DNA of 64,000 nt from Camelus ferus (lineage: Eukaryota), in assembly GCF_009834535.1 (NCBI RefSeq), contig NC_045697.1, positions 35,776,001-35,840,000 of the forward strand, written 5' to 3'. Both the position numbers and the translations under genes were made by a program. This document shows positions 36,839-49,172 of this stretch, one piece after another. Under the pieces are notes generated by a model. The model did not search any database and had not been told where the DNA came from. It saw only the letters and a program-made list of their open reading frames with translations. Position 1 is the stretch's first letter, and every line of letters starts with the position of its first letter.

Positions 36839-37819
36839 TACTTGCACAAACTCCCTGATTGTGAGTGGGCCAACCACTCCCTCAGTCAATCTGAACTGTT
36901 ATCAAACTCAGGTTCCATTGTGCAAATAACAAGGAAAAAAAAGATGTGCATATTTGTGTCTGGTTTAAGAAAATAAAGATGTAACATTTTGATTAAGTTC
37001 TTTTAAATAAAGAGGCTTTAGAAAACTTTTATAAAGTCAAAGTATGTATGTATATGGTGATTACACACCCTTGAATGATATCCTCAATGTTATACTGTCA
37101 TATATATCTTGGAGACAGGATGTACTGTGGCAGTGAGGGGTCATATTTTATGTAGTTGTCTCATGTTAGATAACTTGCATGAATTCCCAAGATGATAGTT
37201 TCAGTAATACAAATCTAGAGAAATGATAGCCTACATTACTTCATTAATTTCTTCTTCTAATATCTGGACTGCTTTTAATCTTTTAAAGCTTACCTATCAA
37301 TTAAGATTTGTAATCTTTTATAATTTCTGTTATTCAGATTTAAACATGGCATGTCCATGAAATGAAAGATAAAAATTTTATAGACAATCTAACCATCATG
37401 CATTTTTATCTCATTAGATCATTTTGTTACCTCTCTCAACCTTAACTATTCGTAAAAATCTCAGTTCGACTGAGACATGTAAAAGGGAATTATATTCAAT
37501 TCTCCACACACTTTCCAGGTAAAACATAGACACAGAAAAAATAAAGATTTCATGCTCCCCAATGTGAATTTCTATTTTGTTAAATGTATAATGACTCAAT
37601 AATTTTCCCCCTTAGGATGGTCTTATGCGAATTCAGCTGCCTATTTAAAAGTTCAGTTAATGAAAAATACAGACTCAAGGAAAATATAAAAATGTACATT
37701 TTCTTTGGCTCAAGATTATCAAGATGCAATTGCTGTATTTCTAAAATGGCGAAGGCCATTTCCTCCTTCACTTTTTAGAAGATTCAGTCATTCATCAAGA
37801 TTTTATTTTTCTTCCCAAC

Positions 37820-37940
37820 ATACCTGCTATTATTTATTCTTCAGAGTTCTCAGATAGCTTTATGTATTCTGTCCAAAGTTTTTGGTTGCAATCAAGGAGA
37901 TAGGTAGGGTAGAGCATATTTAATCCATCACAGCCACTCA
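37820..37940 (-). mobile_element. Old L1M 5'-end fragment
   Basis: tgtccaaagtttttggttgcaatca...agggtagagcatatttaatccatc. Confidence 0.4.
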
Positions 37941-38139
37941 AAATTAATTTTGTCTGTAAGGTATTTTCTCGTTTCCCACTGACTTTAGAATCTAACCCTT
38001 GATTTAAAATTCACTCCTATTCTCTTTTGTTTTCTCTCTTATTATAGCAGCTTTTTTAAAAAAAAAAAAGTGTCATCAGATTTTACTAGCTGTCATTTCT
38101 TATGTGAAAGCACTTAAAATTGTAAAGGAACTCACAAAG

Positions 38140-38560
38140 AGTAGGAACATTGTGTCACTAAGAGCGTGTGGCTTGGATAAACAACAAGGTCCTACTGTTA
38201 TAGCACAGGGAACAATATTCAATATCTTATATTAATCTACAGTGAAAAAGAATATAAACCTGAATCACTATGCTGTATCGTACACCAGAAACTAACACAA
38301 CATTGTAAATCAACTATACTTCAATTTTTTAAAAAATGCATGCGGTTTGGTGTCAGAAGTAGCTGGGTCAAGTCCAGTTTTGCCACTTATCAGCTCTAGG
38401 AGGTCTTAAGCATTAGTTGTTGGATCTCTCTGAACTGCAGTTTCCTCATCTGTAAAATAAAGATCATTATATAAACATCATAAGATTGTTGCGAGAATTA
38501 AATCAGCTATTATGTGTGTAGGGCTTGCCAATACTAGGCATGTAAGAAATGGTAACTATG
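38140..38560 (+). mobile_element. MIR split by a young L1 insertion
   Basis: taagagcgtgtggcttgg | tgtcagaagtagctgggt...gccacttatcagct...cagtttcctcatctgtaaaat. Confidence 0.7.
38177..38333 (+). mobile_element. 5'-truncated L1 3' end
   Basis: ataaacaacaaggtcctactg...tgtaaatcaactatacttcaa; degenerate TSD 38160-38176 / 38334-38350 (12/17). Confidence 0.85.
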
Positions 38561-40344
38561 TTTCTTGTCAGGAGCGGTTGCATTGTTGATGTTTCTTTAA
38601 CCAGTTCTTAACAAAAGGCTCTGCTTTGCAGTCTTGTTTCAGTGCTCATTATAACAGTAATCATCAGACATCAATCAAGATCATTGCAAACTATGGATGA
38701 ACCCAGTCAGATACATCTTAAAAATGAAGTTTCATAAGGGATCTGTTTGCTTGTGTATTTTTTAAGGATGTGGTTATGGCTGATGGCAGTGACCCAGTAA
38801 CTGGCAAAAACATTTCCCAGAGAAACATTTACCAGAGGTTTGACCATCAAACCTGGCATCAGAATGCAAGAATCAAGACAGTTGTGGAAGCTCAAAGGAG
38901 GGTATGAGAGTACAGTGACATCTTCTACCTTTAGCAGAAACTTTTCAGTCCAGTAGCTTTTTAAAAAAATTGTGGCTTGGATTCATTCATTTCTTTTGTT
39001 CCCTAAAATATCCTGCTATCAATTCTTTTCTCTTCACCAATCGTCATTGTATGTTTAAAAGCTTGTCACTGCCTAGAATTTCTTTGTTAAAACTGAAGAA
39101 GCATTTTTAATAATGCAGCCTTCTTTGGGGCCCCCAATTATCTTTTTCCATTTGCTAATTAGTGGTCATACTGTTCTTTTTTTTTTTTTTCTGTCCTTTT
39201 TGATTTTCTATTGCCTTTCATACCTGGCAGGTTAAAACTCCCTTCAACGTTTGCTTTTTGATTTTTTTCCTTCTTGCTAGCTCTCTTGTTTATGAGCTTA
39301 TAATGCTTGCCTGGGACTTTTTAATTGCACTCTATTTAAACACAAATGGCTTCTGAACTTTTTATTCTTCACATTTCTGCAATGATAATAAGTAATAGAG
39401 TCAAGTTTAACTAAAGAAGAAGAATATCGAAAGTTCTTCAGAGCAGAACACAGAATAATACAGCATTTCATTAGTTTTCAACACCCACACGAGAAATCTC
39501 GCTTGCTGCTAATTCTTTCCCACTCCGTTGCTAGTGCTCCTGCATTCAAAATGTCTGCCATTATTTCAAAAGTGCCAAAATAAAGCAATGATTTCTTCCA
39601 CAGGGAAATGTAGGGCTGAAAATGAGCTGACTGCTAATAAAGGGGAAGTACCAGTTATACTGAATATTGAAATTCCACATCAACCGATAGCCAAATGTCT
39701 ATTGTCTACATGAGTGCCTACTGTATACCTAGCAATGCAGAAAAATGAAAATACGTCAAAAGTTCCTCCCACCTCTATACCATCTCTTGCTGCTTTTCAT
39801 TCTAGCCAATCAAATTTTTATCCCAACTATTCTTTCTTGAAAAACATGAAGCTTAAGAGCTCCCCAAATTTGGCTTGCCAGCTGCCCAGAACATGTCTGT
39901 ACAGAGAACCCTGAGAGGTCAAAGGAGTGGGCCACCAGAACCCCACTTTGCAAATGTGGAAACGCCACTCAGCTTTGTGAAGGAAGGTTCTTGCTGCAGT
40001 GACCCAGGAGCAGACCTGGGCTGTGAAGGAAGCTGCCATGGAGCTCTTGTGTTTTGCCTGAGCAGTCAGGAAATCTGCCGTAAAACTGGTGTATATGATT
40101 CATTTCATTTTTATAGAAAAGGATATTATTGTGATGGTAGAGGGAGTGAACACCTGAAAAGAGACTTCTGCTAGCAAAACCTCCTGAGTTGTGACCTGGG
40201 TTTCGGGCAGCCTTTTGTATTTCCAAAACTGTTAAGTTTTTCAGTCAGCTAAGAAAAAAAATCTTACAATGATAATGCCGTGAATAAAAATAAATGTCTC
40301 TGCAACTGGTTGTGAAAAGCTAAACTAAGACTTTTTTTTTCTTC

Positions 40345-40620
40345 TTGGCCTGTTGGAGTAATTGGTCTTGAACCAGCCCTCCTGTTGAAAACAACTATAA
40401 AACTGAAAAAGATATACAAAACAACTAATTTCTTTGATTCTAGGAAGGCAGAATTAAGATCCTGGAGTGCAGGGAAGCAAAGGAGTTGAGCCCCACAACT
40501 GGCCCAGCAGCCCCTGCACTGAGGTGCTGGGCGCAGAGCGCTGACGGGCAGCGGCCACCTCAGGGCGTGGAGGGATGTGGCTTAGGACTTGACTGAGTAG
40601 GCCAGGATGAACTGCAGAGT
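40345..40620 (+). mobile_element. Old L1M 5'-UTR fragment
   Basis: tggagtaattggtc...gccctcctgttgaaaacaactataaaactg...gagccccaca, with residual CpGs. Confidence 0.5.
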
Positions 40621-40639
40621 ACTGCTCCACCCACTGTCA

Positions 40640-40878
40640 TGACCTTTTCGAGCAACCTACAAGGAAAGGTCTTGGCCTAAAGCCCCAAAGAGCAATCCTG
40701 GTGCCAGCGTACCCGGCCTGCCAGGTTAGCCAAGGCTCGTTGGGCCTGCGTTGAACTTCAACTTCTAGCTTTACCCAGTGCTCCTCCCTCTCCCCGTAGA
40801 GGTGCTGATCACCAGTAAACATCCTCCACCTTCAAATTCCGTCTTGGTATTCGCTTACAGAGATTCCAACCTACCAAA
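40640..40878 (+). mobile_element. LTR16-like ERVL LTR fragment
   Basis: caacttct...aggtgctgatc...taaacatcctccac...aattccgtct...ccaacct. Confidence 0.6.
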
Positions 40879-40879
40879 C

Positions 40880-42298
40880 TGATGAATTCTAACATTTAAG
40901 GTAGAAACGATAACAATCTTATACACACTCAGAAAACAGAGGAGAAAAGAATCTCCTGACCTATATTATAGGGCTGACAGAACCTGATACCAAAATCTGA
41001 CAGGGGCATTATAAGAAAACCAAAGATCAATATCCCTTATAAACATGTATTGCAAAAATAAAATTTAACTGACTACATTAACACAAGAGCTAAGTCATAT
41101 GATCATCTCAATAGATGCAGAAAAAGATTTAACAAATTTCAACATGACTGCTTGAGTAAAAACTCTCAACAAAATAGAAATAGAAAGGAATGTCTTCATT
41201 CTGATAAAAAGCATGTATGAAAAATCGACATGTGCAACATGCAAGAAAGTTTTCACACACTTAGAAAAGGAAATTATTTCATAAATAGGACTTTAAAACC
41301 AAACCATAGCAGAAAAAAATTGATAAATTAAACTTGTATCAAAATTAACATTTCTTCTCTTTGAAAGACATTTAAAAAATAAAAAAGCAAGCTACACACT
41401 GGGAGAAAATCATTGCAATACCCATACCTAACATAGAACTTTAAAGAACTCAGTATTTAAAGACGGACAATGAAATTTTTTAAAGGGAAAAATATCTGAA
41501 CTTCACAAGGAGATAGAAAATGACCAGAAAGCAATAAAACACCAGCCATTTGGAAAATGCAAATCAAAACCATGAGACACCACTTTACATGAACTGGGAT
41601 GGCTGCAGTTAGAAAAAAACAAATAATAACAGGTTGGTGAGGATATGGAGAAATTAGAACCCTCATACATTGATGGTGGGGATGTAAAATAGCATAGCCA
41701 CTATGGAAAACAATTTAGTAGTTTCTCAAAATGTTAAACGTGGGAGAAACCATATGACCCAGCAATTACACTACTTGATATGTACCAAAAGGAGTTGAAA
41801 ACATAAGTTCACACAAAAGCTTGTACTAATGATCATAAGAACATTATTTATAATAGCCCAAGTGGAAACAACCCAAATGTTCATCAACAGATGAGTGGAT
41901 AAATAAAATGTGGTATATCCATATAATGAACTATTATTTGGCCATAAAAAGCAATGAAATTCTGATAGATGCTACAATGTGGACAAACCTTGAAAATATT
42001 ATGCTAAGTGACAGAGGTCAGACACAGAAGGTCACATATTGTAAGATTTGATTTCTACAAAACGTCCAGAATAGGCAAATCCATATAAGAAAAAGTAGAT
42101 TAGTGCTTGCCAGGGACTGGGGAGAGGAGGAAATGGGGTGTCACTGCTAATAGGTAAGGGACTTCTTTTGGGGGTGATAAAGATGTTCTGGAATTAGATA
42201 GTGGTGATGGCTACACAGCATTATGAATTACTAAAAACCACTGAATGGTACACTTGAACTTTACATTTTATGAATCATATCTCAAAAAAAGCTATTTT
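40880..42298 (+). mobile_element. L1MB-like LINE: deleted ORF2 pieces plus 3' UTR
   Basis: catatgatcatctcaatagatgcagaaaaag (HMIISIDAEK, RT region); ggaaacaacccaaatgttcatcaacag; tccagaataggcaaatccata; tctcaaaaaaagct end. Confidence 0.85.
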
Positions 42299-43146
42299 TC
42301 TTGTATAGGAGTATAATATTGGCACAAATTCCCAGAACACCTCAGTCATTATCAAACTAGAGTTTCCATTAACCCTCTACTAAAAGCCTAGGTCAAGTCA
42401 CTGCTGATATGACCTAATTTTTGGTACAAAAAAATATTGTTACTGTATGCATAGAAATTATGATTCTTCCCAATGTCTCTTCCAAGAAGACTATTTTTCT
42501 CCTTCCATCCACACACAAGGGAGAATGGGGCATAGTGTTACTTATATAAACATTACCACACAGAGAGCTTAATTTATTTCTGAGCTTTGAAAATAAAATC
42601 AAATTCTAGTCTATTTTGTGCAGAGTGCTTATAGTGTTTCTCTGCTCTAACGCTTATGTTTTTACTCTGGTGATGTTGACATTTGCTTGTGGAATTCAAT
42701 TACCAACTCAGCTACCAGACAGATTTTAAAGGATGTTCTGTTCCAAGACTGACCATTAAAATAGCAAAATATGTTTGTTCCCACATTTTCCCAACATTTG
42801 AGCCTAGGAAAAATCTTCACATGAAAAGTGAATTTTTATTTTACAGTTTCTATGGAGATTATTCAAATAATAGGAAGCCTAAGATCAACTGTACTTGAGA
42901 AGTAGCACGTGGACATGCCTTTTAGTAAAAACACTGTGTATTTGCACCTTAATGTGAACTGAAAGACAAAGAGATAGTCTGTGAAAAGAAAATTAGCCTG
43001 ACTGTTAGAAGACTAGATCTAGTCCTGGATTTGTGGCTATCTAATTTGTGGGAATCACTTAATGGTTCTGGGCGCCAATTTCCCATCTGTTACATTTAGG
43101 GACTAAATCAAGGGCTCCTAGGTTTTTTTTTTTTTTTTTTAAGTGG

Positions 43147-43665
43147 TGTATTAGTTGGGATTCTCCAGAGAAATAGAACCAATAGGAGATATATACGTAG
43201 AGACAGAGATAGAGATACACAAAGAGATAGAGAGATTTACTATAAAGAATTGGCTCATGTAATTATGGAGGCTGATAAGTCTCAAGATCTTCAGTTGGTA
43301 AGCTGGAGACCCTGGAGAGCTGATGGTGTAAGTTCCAGTCTGAGAGTCAGCAGTCTCATAACCCAAGAAGAACCAATGTTTCAATTCAAGCTGGAATGCA
43401 ATAAAAGATTATGTCCCTGCTCAAGGCAGTCAGACAGGAAGAAGTCTGTCTTACTCATAGAAGGTCAAACTTTTTGTTGTATTCAGGCCTTCAACTGATT
43501 GGATGAGACCCACCTGTATTAGGGAGGCAATCTGCTTTACTCAGTGTAACAATTCAAATGCTAATCTCATCCAAAAACATTCACAGACACAATCAGAAGA
43601 ATGTTTGATCAAAGTGCTGGGCACCCTGTGGTTCAATCAGTTTGACACATACATTAACCATCACA
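43147..43665 (-). mobile_element. MLT2B-like ERVL solo LTR
   Basis: tgtattagttgggattctccagagaaatagaaccaatagga...ttcaactgattggatgagacccac...ttgacacatacattaaccatcaca; TG..CA termini. Confidence 0.9.
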
Positions 43666-43754
43666 GCTGGGTAACTCTTTCTTCAAATAGTATCTTATGC
43701 AGAAGTCAAATATATGAAATAATTGCCTAAAACATCACAGGAAAAGTAAACAGA

Positions 43755-44220
43755 TGAAGCAGAGACTGCTGATTATCCATAGATAGTCATCTTCCTGTCT
43801 CCCACAGTGATTCCTTTTTAGCTGAGCATAAGGCCAATCTGAATAAAGATTATATGTCTTAGGCACCCTTGTGACTGTGTACAGCCAAGTGCTAGTCAAA
43901 AGGATGAGAATAAAGCGATATGTGGAACACTAGGTCCTGCCCTTAAAGGACACACCTACTCCTTCCTCTTTCCTCATTCCCATTGGCTGGAATATGAACA
44001 TGAGATGAGTTGTCGTGGGCCACATGGGTGAGAACTACACCACACAGTTGGTGTGTCAACAAGAGTGAAGAAGTCTAGGCTCCCAGGGATCTTGCAGAGC
44101 AAAGCTGTTGTATCAGCACAGATTTTTCTGGGTGTGAGAAATAAAGTACTATTTCATTTATGCCATTGCTATCTTGTATTTTCTGGGTACAAGATATGGA
44201 GTTGAATTTATATGGTAACA
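43755..44220 (+). mobile_element. MLT1J-like MaLR LTR
   Basis: gcagagactgct...ttagctgagcat...ggctggaatatga...gtgagaaataaa...tttatgccattg. Confidence 0.65.
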
Positions 44221-44609
44221 GAAATTATGAATCTATCGGAACTTGTCTAAGGGAGACTACTATGTTATGTTTAGAAGGAATACTTGAAGTAGAGAAGTGA
44301 GGTCTTTAACAAAGGGCATGCTTAATGGAGGCATTTTATATCTGTGAGTCAGGCACACTGGGTCAGTGTTGGAATGCTTGGCTCAAAAGAGAAAAAGCTG
44401 ATAATGACCATCAGTCATCCACCCTCCCACACACGGAAAAGGACTCAGTTTCTTCTCTAAGTAAATTTAAACATTAAAAACTATCAATATGAAAAGGAAC
44501 TAAGGTCCTAGCATGCCCACATTGACTGTGAATCCATCCAATCCCATCTTAAGCGGCAGCTCCATGGGTTTTGTTAGAACTCTTCTTGAAAATCACTGAA
44601 GGATATGGT

Positions 44610-45265
44610 TCCTAATCTCTCTTCTACATCATCATTCTCTAGTAGATTTTCCCAAAATAAGTGTCCAAGACCCACAAGCACTATGCAAATATAAAAAGCA
44701 GTTATGTCATTTCATCTGAGCAACATAGAAAAAGCTTCTGGAAAGAGTTTTCTATAATTGTTGTCTCCTCAAATATTCTCCTTAACCCACGCCAATCAGG
44801 CTTACATTCTATTTTTATGTATCTTCTCTTTTAAAGTTACCAATGAATTTCATCTTGGAAAAGTTGATGGGCAGTCATTAACACTTATCTTACTGAATAT
44901 CTCAACAAAATTTAACTTGATCATTCTGCCCTCTTTGAAACACTTCCTACACTTGACTTTACATCCTTGTGATTTTCTTCGTATATCACTAGTTTATTAT
45001 TCTCAGTGTCCTTTGCTGGTTTCCCATTATTGTCCAACATTCTAAGGGCTGACATGTCTCTTTAAGACTTGGTCCTCAGATGTCTTTTCTATTTTTAGTA
45101 CCTAGATGATCTCATTTAGTCCTGTGGATTTAAACACCATTCACATATGCATTGACTCTCAGATTTGTAAGTACCAACTTGCACTTCAGATTCACATACC
45201 CAACTAACATATCAGTGTTCACTTTGATGTCTAACATGTCTAAAACAAACATATCAGAAACCAGA
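44610..45265 (+). mobile_element. L2 reverse-transcriptase region remnant
   Basis: aacccacgccaatcaggctt (NPRQSG), aaagttaccaatgaa (KVTNE), tatgcattgactctcagatt (decayed YADDSQI). Confidence 0.75.
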
Positions 45266-45284
45266 TTTTATAAATTTATGCTCA

Positions 45285-46790
45285 ATTAAAATATTGAGGG
45301 TATTTTACCTATAGTAAAACACATAGAGTTTAAGTATTAACTTTGAGGAGATTTGATAGATGTTTATACCTGTCCATGAAAGACATCAAGATATAGAACA
45401 TTTTTATCACTCCAGACAGTTCTCTCATACTCTTTTCCAGTCAGCCTCCCTCCCCTGCTCCTGAAGAAGCAATCACTGTTCTGATGACTATTAGCAAGGA
45501 CTGGTAGTGCCTCTTCTGGCAATTATTGAGAAACAGGTGTTAATATTTCCAGTCGTGGTTGCTTTGTTTCTTTGTTCCTTTATTCCTGCTAGTTTTGTTT
45601 CATGTTCTGTTATTAGGTGCATACACATTTAGAATTTATTTGTCTTCCTAATGAATTAGCCCTCTTATCATTATGAAAAGTCCTTCTTTATCTCCAGTAA
45701 TACTTCTTATCATCAAGTGTACTTTGTACAATATTAATATAGTTTAATCTGCTTTCTTATTATCAATGTTTATATGGTATTTTTATGTCTTCTTACTTTC
45801 AAACTATCTTAGTCTTTGTATTCAAAGCAAATCTTTTATAAAAATATTTTTCTTTCTGTTTTAAAAGAGTGAGTCTAACAATCTCTGCCTTAAATTGGAA
45901 TGTTCAGACCATTGACGTTTAATTATTTATATGGTTGTATTGATGTCTACCATTTTAGCTTTCTTTTTCAGTTGATCCTATGGTTTCTCTAGGGATTTCA
46001 ATATGCATTCTTAACTTATTACAATATACCTTGAATTAATATTTTGCCACTAAATACGTAATGTAAGACTCTTACATGAGTAAAATTTGATTTGTCATCT
46101 CTTATCCTTTATGCTATTATAGTGTTATATTTTATTTCTACATTTGTTATTAATTCCAAAATATGGTTTGGGTTTTTTTGTTTTGGTTTGCTTTGGTTTG
46201 GTTTTGGTTTGGTTTGATTCGGGTTTTGCTGTAAACAGTCAATTGTCTTTTAAAATAATTAAAAAGATCAAGTAATTAAGGAAAAAAAAATTGTATATTT
46301 ACCCACATGTTAACCATCTGGTTTTCTTCATTGCTTGTGAATATCCAACTGGTCTTATGTTCCTTCTACCTGAATAAGATCCTTTAGCATTTCTTCTAGT
46401 AAACATGAGTCTGTTGGCAAAGAATTCTCTCAGCTTTTATATTTAGGAAAACATATTTATTTCACTTTCCTTATTGAAAGTTATTTTTAGTAGATATAGA
46501 ATTTGCAATTGACAATTTTCCCTTTAGAACTTTAAAGATATTATCCAACTGTCTTCTGTCTCCATAGTTTTCAGTGTGAAATTGGCTGTCATTATCATTA
46601 CTGGTCTCCTGTATGTGATATGACCTCTTCCTCTGGCTGCTTTTAAGATTTTCTTTCTGTCTTTGCAGTTTGATTACAATGTGTCCACATATGGTTTTCT
46701 TTTTATTTTTGTCTTCTTTGGGATTATTGAGCTTCTTGGTTCTGGGTGATGATGCTTTTCACCAAATTGGGGTCATTTTCTTGGCTAATA
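45285..46790 (-). mobile_element. Old L1M(E): 3' end joined directly to the EN/ORF1 region
   Basis: 45285-45520 is a 3' UTR (atcaagatatagaacatttttatcactccaga); 45520-46790 is EN/ORF1 text (ttattaggtgcatacacatttagaatt, aattctctcagcttt). Confidence 0.75.
46163..46226. repeat. Imperfect (GGTTT)n repeat
   Basis: Directly visible. Confidence 0.85.
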
Positions 46791-47100
46791 TGTAGCCACG
46801 CTGGCCTTATGACTATTCCTCAAATGAGCCAAGCTCTTTCATTATCTTTGCATATGCTCTTCAGTGCAAAAGTCCTTTCTTCAAGGAGGTCTTCCCTGGT
46901 AGCTCTGTCACTCTCTAATCCTTTATTCATATTATTTTTTCATAAGATTTTTCGCAACTTAACATTATAGTATGTATTTATTTGTTTTCTATTGCCTTCC
47001 TTACTAGAATCAAGCCCCATAAGGGAAAGAATTCAATCACCATTGAATCATTTATAACAATGCCTGGCAAGCTTTAAGTATTTAACAAATATCTGTTTTC
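46790..47100 (+). mobile_element. L2a 3' end (probable continuation of the L2 at 44610)
   Basis: gccacgctggcctt...actagaatcaagccccataaggg...acaatgcctggca...aacaaatatctg. Confidence 0.7.
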
Positions 47101-49172
47101 TGTTGATTTGTACCACAAAGCAAACAAGTTCTCACCGTAATCTAGTATATAATGGTTTCATCCTAAATTAGATTTGGGGAGAGAGAAATTTCTTTGTGCT
47201 ATAGAATTCTGTGAGGCCCTTCATGGTGAATAATGAAAATATCTTTATAAATATTGATGGCTTTGTGATGTTTAAAACTTTTCTGTGGTCTTGTAAAAGA
47301 AAATTTGCCAATAACAGGAGAGCTGGGAAAATCTGCTCAAAAACATTTTATAGGCAATATATTCATACCTGCTTCCACTAACACACTCATGAGTCTGTAA
47401 ATCTGCAACCAATCAAATAGAGAGAGAGAAAATCTTTCCAGGAACCCCTGTACCAGTTCCAATGCTGTTTGGCCTGTGGCTACTATTCTAATGCAGCCAT
47501 GATAAAATGGACTTCGAGGATGAATATGTCACTGGGTGAGAAATACGGCCACAAATTCTCCTATTCTCTTCTATAGTGAAAAAAGAGAACTTTTGGATAC
47601 CCAAAAGTAGCTCAATTCAGTGCAACTTAAGAAACACTTCTTGAGCAGCCACTATGTAATGTGTGCCATGAAAGAGGAGAGGAAGAAATGAATATCTATC
47701 TCATGGTCTCCAACTAGGTTAGAATTGCAGCAGTCTAGACTAGTCTAGGCTAGCCTAATTTAAATGCAAGTTTATTTTCAACTCTCTTGTACTTCTAATT
47801 ATTTTGTATGGGGAGTAGACTCTTTCCCCAGTATGGTGATGTTCTGCTACATTTCAAAACTAGCCTAAAAGAAATTTTCACATTGGCAGGATATATCACA
47901 GTAGCTCTTCTGGAGTTATAATAGTCTATTAACCTCTTTTGTTTGCTCTGTGCAAAAAAAAAAACAAAAAAAAACAAAAAACCTTCATTTGAGGACATGC
48001 AAGAAAAGCCTGCGGAAATTCAGCTGCACTGAACTAACGTGGCTCTCAACCTCAACAGAGTTTGTCTGTTGTGCTAGTCACAGTAATTACAGAACAACAG
48101 CTTTTAACAATTCCAGTAGAGGAGGTCTCTTGCTTTGGCCTTCTTGTTTCTGCTTGTTTCTTCACTAATAAGAAAGATAAGTTAGACATACAGTTAAGAG
48201 CTCTGTTTCATTTGGAAAGGTCACGTATCCCAGTCAAACCAAGGAGAGACTGATGCTTAATTACAGAGTCAAGAAGCCAAAGGGCTTGCCATCCTAGTCT
48301 GCATCTCCACAGTTTATACCGAACACTGGTGCCATGCCAAGGTGAATCTAACTCTACAAATATGGTTCCTGGGGAAATAAATGCCTTTGTGCTGCAGAAT
48401 TCTGAAAGGTTCTTTATGGTAAAAGACGAAAGTCTAACATGGAAATTTGTCTCTTACTGGGACATTAACACCATGCATCTTCATATTCTACATTAATATA
48501 AATAGTCCAAGCCTGCTTAAAACAAAATACACAGTACATTTAGTTATTTTGGTGGGTCAGTGATTCAGCTGCCGAAATTAAGTTTCTTTGCTGGAAGTGG
48601 CTCGATTTATAATCTGCTTAATCCCAGATCCTTCCTTTTCTTTCACCCTGCTGCCTTTCCTCCAGCCCTCTACCCCAACAATAAACCAAATAACAACAAA
48701 ACCCTGAAACCTTGACCTCTCTCTAAAATCAGTCAGCTCACACAGGTTAGCACAGGCCTTCTCCATTCCAGTTTTATAATTGCTTACAAAGATCCTATGC
48801 ACAAAAGTTCTAATTTTTGTTCATCAAACCAGGAAAAGCTTCAACATTTATTTCAAATAGATAAAGATCAAAAGAGAAGGAGGAGGAAAAGAGACAGGGA
48901 GGAGAAAGAGTAAAAGGAAGAGAATGGGGAAAAATAGGAGGGGAAGGAGGACGAGAGCAAAAGACTAGCAAATCAGCCTCTGATAAGCCAGATGAGGTTG
49001 TGATGATAGCCTGTTGCTACCTCTTGTTTCTCCCTGGCTTCACCAAGTGAACATTTCGCCATCTCTCAGTTCTCAGTGTAATCATCACTTTTATAGGGGA
49101 ATCTTCCCTGACTTCTCTGCCCAGGTTCAGACCCCCATTATGGGTTCCCTTGACACTATATACCTCTCTTTC

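Noticed and set aside
47735..47757. (CTAGN)4 run containing a 14-bp palindrome; another 14-bp palindrome at 43011-43024
   Set aside because: About four 14-bp palindromes are expected by chance in 64 kb (64000/4^7); no supporting context.
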